A DNA stretch of 60,082 bases, counting the filler, from Dugesia japonica (taxonomy: Eukaryota), in NCBI GenBank assembly GCA_001938525.1. It is 6 parts of 6 records of this genome, joined end to end, with 100 filler letters (N's around TTAATTAATTAA, not from the genome) between each part and the next. Parts side by side here need not be neighbours in the genome. Positions count along the whole stretch, not along the records: positions 48,234 to 60,082 come from MQRL01618161.1; 5 more parts are not named here. The stretch is one strand, 5' to 3'. The translations under genes and the position numbers were made by a program. The notes below the pieces were generated by a model. That model saw only the letters and a list, made by a program, of their open reading frames with translations. It was not told the DNA's origin and did no database searches. Shown here piece after piece: positions 50,005-60,082 of the stretch (positions are counted from its first letter, which is position 1; each line of letters opens with the position of its first letter).

Positions 50005-51273
50005 CTTAAAAATTCGATTTTTCTGTAGCTNTTATTACTCGACTAAACCGAACTTTTAAGTAGCATCTACATTATCAGCAGAAAAGCTAAAATATAAACG
50101 GAAATCAAAGAAGTAAATTTTTTAATTTACTTATAATATTATTATGTCAAATTTATAAAATGGAAAACTGAAGTGATGGTCGTCATAGCAAGCCTTGTTG
50201 TATTGACGATCATCACAGCTTAGATATCCACTGCACCAGATCACCCACAATGATTTTATATATTGTGTATGTAGAATATTGTTAAGATGATTATGATAAA
50301 TTTAGACTCTGTATTATGAGATAATGCTCTGAACGTGAGGGATACAAATATCGTTAAAATGAATGAAACATATCTTGTTGGGAGAAGTGAAATTTGGCGA
50401 TGTTTTAAGAGATGAATAGTGTTGAAAGATCTTGAGCAGAGAACGAGAAGTGATATTATGAGAGATANNNNNNNNNNNNNNNNNNNNNNNNNNNNNNNNN
50501 NNNNNNNNNNNNNNNNNNNNNNNNNNNNNNNNNNNNNNNNNNNNNNNNNNNNNNNNNNNNNNNNNNNNNNNNNNNNNNNNNNNNNNNNNNNNNNNNNNNN
50601 NTGTAAAGTTTTATGACTATAGTATGATTATATGAGAAATATTTACGGTTTTCAATAAAAATATCAAGTTGAGTTTATTAGTTGTTCAATACATGATTAA
50701 ATTATGCCATTTTAATATCATAATTATTTATATTTTCTTTTGATTATTCATGATTATTATTGTTTTATGTATTATAAATTTTTAATTGATAATAAATTAT
50801 CATTAACATTATTTTAGGTATTATAGTTAATATTAACTGTTTATTTGGTAGAAAAGATACCATGTGAGATCGACGGGAAACGGCAGGAGGATCATTCATG
50901 ATGGCGAACGAACCTAGAGTGAATTAGAGTGACTAAATAAAACTGAAAATTAACGATTTTGCTTCACGATATCAAACTGTTAAATTGGGAATACGGTTAT
51001 CTACTCTCGGTTCAGTCAAGTATGATGAGTGGTCATGTATCTGCTCAAGAATTAACGACCCTGATAGTAAGGATTTTTTATTAACTAGAAAAGATTTTTT
51101 TTAACTATCACGCTGTTCAAGTTGAAAACTATAATTCACTAATTTGATAATCATGATTGAAATTTTGTTATGCAGATGTCACGCCCGATCAAGNNNNNNN
51201 NNNNNNNNNNNNNNNNNNNNNNNNNNNNNNNNNNNNNNNNNNNGATAATCATGATTGAAATTTTGTTATGCAG

Positions 51274-51807
51274 ATGTCACGCCCGATCAAGCTAAAAGAA
51301 GCCGAAGCGAGTTTCAGTGATAACAGTTGGAGGTTCCGGACCAATGCAGCAAATGACATACCGAATTCATGGGACGCACTAGGGCTGGAAGGTACCGATA
51401 CCGAGCCCTTGTGAATGATACAAGACAGAATAAATAAGAGAGAGGGTCGAATTCAAATCCTGGAGAAGGAAATGGCTAGTCAGAAACAACAACATTTTGA
51501 GAAATTGAATCGATTGGAGGAGCAAATCAAGGAACAAGAGCAACAGTACAAACATCAAATAATCAAAGTCATCATGAATCAGTAGGAGAGAGAGAAAAGA
51601 CTAGTACGACTGCTGACAGATACGGTCGGGCAAAATAACCAGCAACATAGATTGATCGCCACAATGAGGGCCACGCAGTTGGAGGCGGAGGAGTTTACAA
51701 AGCAAACAACTCAACTAGCTAAACGAATTGAGACCGAACTCAGCTCCATATTGATGCCGTTAGAAGAAAGTGATTGTATTGAAAATCAAGATTTGTGTCA
51801 GTATTAA
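51274..51807 (+). pseudogene. 177-codon coiled-coil ORF with two in-frame stops
   Basis: A single frame MSRPIKLKE..RIQILEKEMASQKQQHFEKLNRLEEQIKEQEQQ..QDLCQY*. The internal TGA and TAG could arise by single C->T changes. GC-richer than host genes. Confidence 0.5.
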
Positions 51808-52070
51808 TATAGCTTTCTATTTTGATTCATTTATTCATTTCAATGTTATTTTAAAAGAAAATGTTTGTTTTAAGTATTGGCTGAAACTGTCAGTAGTATA
51901 CTAAGGTCAAATAAAGAAACTTATGATTTTCACAGTAGTTAACGCCATCAATATTTTAAAAAATTTCTTTATTACTTAACCTATTTGAATTCTAAATTTC
52001 ATTCAGTGCCAAATATAAGAAAATTAACATTGGATACTTCAAGAGCAGATCTTCAAAAAAATGGTGCTCA

Positions 52071-52325
52071 ATGTACAAAATGTTGCAGAGCGAGAACACA
52101 GTTTTGCAACAGAAGAACAACCAATTAAGAGATCGGAACGCGAAATTTAAAGAAAGAGATTTGGCGTTGTCTCAAACATGTCGCGCAATGGCCGACATGA
52201 TAAAATCTTATGCTTATCGGGAAAGGGTACTCATTGTCATCATTCGTACCCTCAGTCAGGTTTCGAAAGTAGACAAGGAAGTTGGGAAAGTGGCTGTCGA
52301 GAAAGTGATCGATTTGGATGGTTGA
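52071..52325 (+). CDS. Small coiled-coil hypothetical protein (84 aa)
   Basis: Intact ORF with heptad-like LQSENTVLQQKNNQL; AATAAA at 52341. Confidence 0.4.
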   Translation: MYKMLQSENTVLQQKNNQLRDRNAKFKERDLALSQTCRAMADMIKSYAYRERVLIVIIRTLSQVSKVDKEVGKVAVEKVIDLDG

Positions 52326-54905
52326 ATGACATGTTCTAACAATAAATATTTTCTTTATCACACATCTTACAAATTGTTANNNNNNNNNNNNNNNNNNNNN
52401 NNNNNNNNNNNNNNNNNNNNNNNNNNNNNNNAAAACACAAGACGGGATACCGCATAGTCCCGCATGGACTCGGGGTGGATGTAGCAACACAAGGAGTGTT
52501 GCCAAATTTCTGCCGGCTTCAAGGTATCTGCCCCTAGAAGATAACGAGATAAAAGGAATGTCAAGAAAGAATTATCAAGAGTCACAAGAGAGGAAATAAA
52601 ACATCAAAACCTCGGAGCTCAACAATAATAATTTTTTTAAAAATTTTTATAACTTTTATAAAGCAGTGGCATTTTGTCTGACAGAATCAAATTCAATATC
52701 TATACACGTGGACAGTGAAGCTGCACATTTTGGTGAGTTGAGTCTTTTGAACGACATTAACAAAGGACAATTTTTAAACTTAAAATTCCTGTTCAATTAA
52801 TCATTTTCACTTTTCTGAAAAATGATGGCATAACTAATATGAAACGTGCAAACTAACCAAACATTGCCTAAAGAACTATTTCATAAAATTATTCGTTCCC
52901 AAGATAAAGTTTATGGCGTATGACACCACCCCCATTTAAAAAGATGCAATATATCCGTAAATACTTATGATAATTAAACAAACTTGGTATCATAGAAAAG
53001 AAAATTAAAAATTACCTATGCATTACCTAAAGGATTAGTAGTTTTAAATGCTTAGTTCTCAAGATAATGTAATTATATTAAAATAATAATAATAAAATAT
53101 AAATAACAATATATTTTCAAAGATTTTTATAACATTAGATGGAGAATTTAAAGTGTCTTATACATTGTCTGAAAAACTTCTATTGGAAAATGCTTCCATA
53201 AGATCAAATAATTTTTTACATAGGTCAAATCCTAGTTAAAACAATTTATGACTGTTAGAGTGATTCATAGATTTTAAATATCTGGAAAAGTTTTTATTTT
53301 TATATATATTATATTAAAATTTTTTTTTTGAAACATTCAACTATTATTGTAAAAAATCTACTTAACAGATTTTAAAAAAATATAAAATATTTTTAAAACG
53401 AAATTAATTTAAATAATTTCTATATATAATATTGGCCAAAATTATAAAAGCATAATTATTTTAAAAAAATGATGTAGAAAAATAATTTAAAATGTATGTA
53501 AAATATTAACTATTTGGTAGAATTACAATCGATAGTTTTAAAATATTTTATCAAAAAATTCTCAAATAATTAGTTTGAATACTATGGATTATTCTTCATT
53601 TTTTTACTTTATTCATAGAACTTGTGATAATAAATAAAAAGTTATGGAGAGTTGAGAGGGTTTGAATTTTACTAAAAATTACAACAAACTTGATTTCGTT
53701 GCATGTGTACACAGATGACGAACATGACGGTGTAGTTTAAAATTTAATCTATCTCCTATAAAACGTTATTGAATATTTAAAATTTTAAAAATATTTTAAA
53801 AATTAAATTATATTTTTCAACATACAGTTTTAAATTTTTGAGGAATCAACAGGGAATTAAAAATAAAATATATATCACTTAAAATACTTCATTAGCAAGT
53901 GTTTTCTTCACTTCAAAAATCAATAAAACCAGAAATTCAATTCTACAGTAGACTAATCAAATCCAAAAGAATTGAAAACTGACTACATTATTTAAAGGAT
54001 TAATTTCGAAATTGCTTCCTTTATGATGAAGGGATATTTCTACTGTAGATAAATAGCAGTGAACGGGAACAATGACAGTTAAAAATTTTAAAACTTACAT
54101 TTAAAGCAAATAGATACATGTTTTAAAATCATATTTGATATCGTTGAACGCCTAATTAGGTGAGGAACATTGTTATTTTAATCGAGACTTCTTTTTTAAA
54201 ACCTTGTACTTCTTTTAAAATCTAGACTCAAATTTGATACGCCATAAGATTCACCATGTAATTATGTATCTAACGATACCACTGTTTTGCCATTGAATTT
54301 ACAAAAATTTTTAAAAATTTAAAAATTAAAAAAATTTAAGTCTTTAAAACTCTCAAAATACTGTCGGCAGCGGAATCTGTTTTCTTATACGCCCATATCT
54401 ACTTATTCGTGGATTTTCCATGGAACGGATGCATCGTAAATATTTGAAAGAAATCAAGACTTTTAATTGCATATTGTAAAAATTTAATGTTAAGTTGCGA
54501 CCATAAACACAAATTTGCCAGTATTAGTAAATAATCCGACTACAATGAAAGACTTGCAATATTATGCGTTTTCTAAAACGGATCTCGCTAGCCATCGTCT
54601 CTATCTTTTTATTCAATAAAGCTCTTTGACGGTATTTTTAATTAGCTTTCGCGATACAGATAATTGTGTTTGTAGGGTACTAAATGGGTCTCATTCCTTC
54701 GAACTATTTTATCCACTTCTTTAGGTCTGTTAAAAGAGCGGTTTAATTCACAAAAAGACTTGGAATCATATTGTAACATAAACTTAATTTATTTTACTAT
54801 GTGATGTTAATTGTAAGAAAGATTCCACGCTATTTCTATGAAATTTTGTTTTCACATATAAAAATGTGTAATAGTTTTCGTATCAATGGAAGTAAAGAAT
54901 AAATA

Positions 54906-55560
54906 CCGTGGATACTCGAGTATAACCCGAGACTTTTGTGACAAAACAATAACTTGAAAATTAGCGCGTCCCGTTATACTTGAGACATTTTAGATAAAAA
55001 ACAATAAGTAAACAATAATTATGACAACCATGCCATTTTTGCAGTAATGATACAGAATTCCTTTCTTAAATGTGGTATAAGTAATGCGATGGATGGGACA
55101 AAAGATGAAAATTCTGAAGAGGAGACAAGTGATGATGCTACTGATCCTTATCTGGACATGGGAGAATACACTCAAGCTAACATTGATGAACAGTTTGTGG
55201 GAGATGATGTGGATTGAGATTTTGAAGGATTTTAATAGCTTAGGCGTAACTCGATCAATCAACTGATAACAGTAATTTTAGCTCTCAGTAGTAGTTATTT
55301 TAAATAAATTTAATAAGTTTTAAATAAATTTGATTAAAAATTCTTTGGTAATTGATTACTTTGAAATTTTATTTTTCGAAATGAATTTACTTGGTGTTTT
55401 ATATGAAAACGATGAGAATATTTTAGCTAAAAAATGCATTATAATTTATTGCAATGTGTTCGTTGTTTGAAATCGGCTATCAAATCATATTCGCGTTTTG
55501 AAGTTTTCGTTAATTTCTATAGTAAATTTTTTCCATCGCGTTATACTCGAGTAACTACAG
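54906..55560 (+). mobile_element. Internally deleted pogo-family transposon
   Basis: TA|CCGTGGATACTCGAGTATAAC ... GTTATACTCGAGTAACTACAG|TA; internal NSFLKCGISNAMDGTKD..DFEGF* C-terminus. Confidence 0.85.
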
Positions 55561-56363
55561 TATATCATTTATGGCGAACTAAGTACATAATAAAATAGAA
55601 TAATTAGTTCAAAAGATTGCAATCGAGTCTGTTTATTATTAATTAATACTCCACGATATTGCATATAAATTAAAGATTAGAGATAAAGTAGAAAATTAAT
55701 ATCCAATCATTTATATGTTAAAGATGTTTTTATTTTCACCGCATTTATATTGAGTTATATCTGGTAGACGCGTATTTGGCAATTTGTCTTGTCACTATAC
55801 ATTATTCAACTACGCTAATTAATGCTGTAAGTTTTCATTATTTAATAATTCTTTATTTTAAATTTTTTATATGTAAATTAAATTTAAATGGTTTTTAATA
55901 ATTAGTAAGTTAAAATTTTTGTAATAAATTATCAAATTCTATTTATTATTGTTTAATTATTATTTTANNNNNNNNNNNNNNNNNNNNNNNNNNNTGTAAA
56001 CTGTATAACTTTAATTTATATTTTTAATTAGTTTTTAGATTTAAATTTAATTATATTGGATTATAATTACTTCAACATTAGCTTGTCGGAAGTATTTCTT
56101 TAATAAATGATTTCAACTCCAGTACAGCACGATATTAAAAAAATAAAAGCTAATTTCTCAAACATGAATGAGAGAAAGACCCTAATTGCACGCATGCAAA
56201 AAAACGCTAAGAAAATAAAGCTCTTTTCAAAAAAAAATATACATTTTTTAAATATATACGAAAAAAATATCAAAAGAAATACAATGTAAAAAGTAAGAAT
56301 TTAATGAAAATAAATAAAATACATCAAAAATATTTCAACTTCAAATTTTATTAAATTGTCATT

Positions 56364-58010
56364 TTATAAAAAAAAAAGCTCACAATATAATGGTAAATGA
56401 TCACTTGGATGAAATTTGTTGGGGAGAGCTATATTTTCCAAAATATCAGTTCGACTAGGTGTTGGACAAGCATGCTCAACTTTGATTCGACAATTTTCAA
56501 TTATAATATGATCCAACAAACCGACATAATCAGGTGTAAAATTTGTAAATTCAACTACATCTTTATGGACACTTTGCAAATTAGAAATAGAATGCTTCAA
56601 TTTAAACATTTCATTTTTATATTTAAAATCGATTTCATTATCGAAAATAAATTTAATCGATTCATCTTCAAATGATGCATTAAAATCTCCACCGATTAAA
56701 CAGCAAGCATCAACAAATTCCTGTTTTATTTCTTCAATATGGTATAAAATAATTGCAATTTGAAATAAACGAAATATTTCGTATTCTGGATGAAAGAATA
56801 AATGACTATTTGATAAAATCAATTGTTTTCTATCAGACAAATCCACAGTTTCCAGAACACAACCGGTCATGCATTGGCCCATCGATTGCCATTTTTCCAA
56901 TAAATCAATCCTCTGTAAAAATGTAAGCATTTTATTATATTTTTCTTTATTTGACTCAATCTCAATTGATAAATTTTGAATGGAAATATTTTTAATTAAT
57001 TTAAATTTATTTGTTCTCCAAAATATAGCTTGGCCTTCAAAATTATTTTTCGATTTTATTTGATAAATTCCATCGTAATCGTGCAATTTTAAAATTGGAA
57101 ATAAAGTTCGTAAATAGAATGATTTATCGACTTCTTGCAGGAATATTAAATCTGATTTTTGTTGGATTAATTCATTGAGAATTAAACATTGCCGATAATC
57201 GTGTAACAAAAATTTTGAATCACAATGGCGATATAATTTATTTTTCGCTTGCGGCGTATCTCCATAAATATACGACAAAATATTATATGTACACATTCTA
57301 AATGTTTTCCCAGAATCAGCAATATTAATATTTATACTATTCAACTGCATAGCCAATTGATATGAAGTTTGAGGAAGTTTTTCAACTGGGTGTGTCGAAA
57401 TAACTTTGAACACTTGCTGAGAAATATTAATGCAGGAAATAACTTCCAATTTAATAAAGAAATTTTCATATTCATGTGAAGGAGTGAAAAGTAATCCAGA
57501 ATGGCATTTAATCCATTCATTAGATGTTTTCGATTTAGCTTTATACCAGTTAAAAGTAAACATTTCATTTTCGGCATTTACACTGTCAATAAGAGGATAA
57601 ATAGGACAATTAACCATACAAATCTTAGGAAGTTGACAATGTTTGATCCATGGTGGATTGATATAAGCAGTATATAATGTTTCATTAACTTTCATTGATA
57701 TACTAGTTGATAACAAATTTTTAACTGTTAATTTAGAAGTTTCTAATTGACAATTGGTGATGCTATCCACTACTTTAATTTCACAACTATCAATAATAGG
57801 ATGATTTTTATTTTTCTTGGTACACTTCCTATATTTTATTTTGGAAATTTTTGCAGTTATTTTTTTAAATACTGCATCCAAAGATTCATCTATTGGTCGA
57901 AGAAAACTATAAAAATAGGTAACTGAATCTGAATATGTATATTCAAATTCCAAAAGAACTTCATTAGATGAATAATCTGAATAGTGCAAATATAAAGCTT
58001 TGTTATTCAT
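56364..58010 (-). CDS. PDE12: 2',5'-phosphodiesterase 12 (CCR4/EEP-family deadenylase)
   Basis: 548 aa single-exon ORF; EEP motifs TYNIL, LQEVD, NSHLFFHP, GDFN, FTNFT..LDHI, ALPN..PSDHLPL, plus a PDE12-type N-terminal region (PIYP, FNWYK, FTPS..IKLE). Confidence 0.9.
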   Translation of the reverse strand: MNNKALYLHYSDYSSNEVLLEFEYTYSDSVTYFYSFLRPIDESLDAVFKKITAKISKIKYRKCTKKNKNHPIIDSCEIKVVDSITNCQLETSKLTVKNLLSTSISMKVNETLYTAYINPPWIKHCQLPKICMVNCPIYPLIDSVNAENEMFTFNWYKAKSKTSNEWIKCHSGLLFTPSHEYENFFIKLEVISCINISQQVFKVISTHPVEKLPQTSYQLAMQLNSININIADSGKTFRMCTYNILSYIYGDTPQAKNKLYRHCDSKFLLHDYRQCLILNELIQQKSDLIFLQEVDKSFYLRTLFPILKLHDYDGIYQIKSKNNFEGQAIFWRTNKFKLIKNISIQNLSIEIESNKEKYNKMLTFLQRIDLLEKWQSMGQCMTGCVLETVDLSDRKQLILSNSHLFFHPEYEIFRLFQIAIILYHIEEIKQEFVDACCLIGGDFNASFEDESIKFIFDNEIDFKYKNEMFKLKHSISNLQSVHKDVVEFTNFTPDYVGLLDHIIIENCRIKVEHACPTPSRTDILENIALPNKFHPSDHLPLYCELFFL

Positions 58011-59557
58011 CCCTATTTTACGAGAAAACTTTTTAAGAAAATATTACTTTACTTTCAAAAATAATTATTTTTTTGAAATCGATGACAAAAATTGATGTTA
58101 CTTTACAAATTAAATTTAGAGCAACTAATATTAAATGACCTTTAAATATACAAACAATTTTAAATTATTTTAAAAATTTAAATTATGTCCAATATTTCTT
58201 ATTTCTGTAATATTTTAAAACAAAATTTCTCAAATATTTAAACTGACTTAAATTGAATAATAAAGACTTTTACTTTTAACTCATGTTGAGTAATTGGGTG
58301 TATTGAGATATCATAAATAAGATAATTTATGACAATACACATTTTATCAAATGTTTATCATATATAAGATATTTTTTGAATGAATAATATAATAAATAAA
58401 ACTTTCAAATATTTAAGTTTTGAAAAACATAAAGTCTTGTAGGTTTTGCCATAGTAAAGGAGATTTTTATTTTGTTAGTAACATTTTTAAAAATGTTTTG
58501 GAAAGTTTTAATTGTATGGGCTGTTGTTTTGGATATAATCAATGATTTGGTTTAAAGTAGCTTATATTTTATTAATGCTTTTTTATAATGTACAATTTCG
58601 ATAGAGCTTATCCTCTTAAAATAATTTTAAATGTTTAATGACTAAATTAAATTTGCTCATAAATTATTACCAAAAAAGCTTTAGTGATAAATAGTGCTAA
58701 TATTGTTTTACAAAAACCTTTATCGTGACAATACTTATACAAAATAGTGAATCTGAAACATGGAAGAATTAAAAAGTTAAATAATAAAAAAGAAGTTTTT
58801 ACTAAATTATAAAATATTATTTATTTATCTATTTAATTAAATTAAAATATAAAGTAAATCGAATTCTATTATATTTAAGTTTTATAAGTAAATTATTTTA
58901 CTCAAAAAAATCTTATATGAATAGTATAGGTACCTTAAATTCAGTTTTCAAATTGAACTAGAGTATAAGCCGTCAAAATAGCGATTCTTAGTTGTCGAAA
59001 AATTTTAATTGCCTAAAAATTCCACAATGGTCTAAAAAAATATACTAAATTTTATGAATTAAAAAAATGTAATAAAATGTTGGATCGAATTATATAAATT
59101 TTTTAGCTTTTTTTTAACTTAGTGTTTAATTTAAATTGGTTCAAGTATAGATTTTCTAAATTTTGAAATTTTTCTGGATTAAAATTATTGAACTTCAAAG
59201 CCAAAGCGTTATTTCATTATTAAAATTTATAAAATTTTTTTCGAAATTTAATATTTATTTTCAAAATTTGCTGAATTTGTAATATTTTCAAAGAAGTTTA
59301 TATTCTTAATATTGTCACACATATATATCTCGGAATTAACTAAGTCTTCATTAAACTTAGTAAAAAGAATAAATTATCAAAATACATATTAAACAATAAT
59401 CAAAATTTACAAAAAAGAAATTTTACAATTAAATAAATATTATAATTAGGGCAATTTTTGTCAATAAAGTCAATTGAATCTTAAATTGCTCAAAACTTAT
59501 TATTAATATGTAAAAACATCTTTGACTACATAAAAGTATTTTATTTTAAAATTTATA

Positions 59558-59625
59558 AAGTCAAAATTGTCAAAAATTTGATCAAAAAGTTAAAATTGTC
59601 AAAAATTTGGTCAAAAAGTCAATAA
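59558..59625. repeat. 29 bp minisatellite, about 2.3 copies
   Basis: AAGTCAAAATTGTCAAAAATTTGATCAAA repeated. Confidence 0.75.
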
Positions 59626-59711
59626 TTATTTCAAAAGGTTTGTTGGGCTGAAACAGCCTTTTGTGAAATATAAAAAACCGTGAAAGAAATAAATTAAAGG
59701 TTAATAAAAAA

Positions 59712-59930
59712 AATGAATAAGAAAATAATAAGAAATAAAAGAAATATTAATCTATGAAATGATCAGAAATGATTATAAAATAATAATAACTGAAGTTAAA
59801 AGTGTAAGAAATATCGAACAAAATCTAGGATAAAACCATAAAAAGAAAATAAAGTTGTAAAAGCTGTCGAGAAAACGAAGAATTGATTAAACATTAAAAT
59901 ATTCAATAATTGAAGATAATCAAGAATTAG
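59712..59930 (+). repeat. ~200 bp direct repeat, copy 2
   Basis: Matches 48857-49067 apart from a ~25 bp insertion. Confidence 0.85.
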
Positions 59931-60082
59931 AAAAGAAAGATGAAATGAAAAATGTTTATTAAAGAGTGAGAGTTGAAAGTCAATTGAAAGTTATTGTTGA
60001 TAATGGCAAGGGTTGAAAGTGTTGCTAATACTTAAGAGAAATGAAAGTGGGTATATCGGATTTGTGGTGGTTGAATCCTAAC

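Noticed and set aside
51146-51291. Identical ~48 bp on both sides of a 50-N gap
   Set aside because: Typical unmerged contig overlap, not a real tandem repeat.
56397-57577. Small ORFs overlapping PDE12 (56397-56675 +, 57341-57577 -)
   Set aside because: Shadow frames of the real gene.

Overview
Very AT-rich eukaryotic (invertebrate animal) draft DNA, not prokaryotic: no rRNA, tRNA or CRISPR array seen. It is not one contiguous locus. Five identical synthetic spacers (44 N + TTAATTAATTAA + 44 N) split it into six pieces: 1-8704, 8805-18594, 18695-28182, 28283-38208, 38309-48133, 48234-60082. Host genes have 42-52 nt GT-AG introns: the 3' end of a C2H2 zinc-finger gene, an RRBP1/kinectin-like coiled-coil gene, an unidentified six-exon gene, an SHC-family SH2 exon and an intronless PDE12. 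The rest is mostly decayed transposons (hAT/Buster, MULE, pogo/Tigger, Tc1/mariner, piggyBac, Helitron, LINE, Ty3/Gypsy). Highlights: (i) a Ty3/Gypsy integrase that continues into a >4 kb extension with CxxC motifs, transmembrane segments and an env-like tail; (ii) a Polinton/adintovirus module (integrase-chromodomain, penton, QxGxG amphipathic protein); (iii) two fully bounded LTR elements with target-site duplications and non-canonical termini; (iv) two decayed Penelope-type minimal hammerhead ribozymes; (v) a cluster of small intronless ORFs with a palindrome-TATA-Inr promoter in the last piece. The AT content and tiny introns would fit a compact parasite genome such as an orthonectid, but that is only a guess. 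All family calls come from motif recognition by eye; no searches were run.
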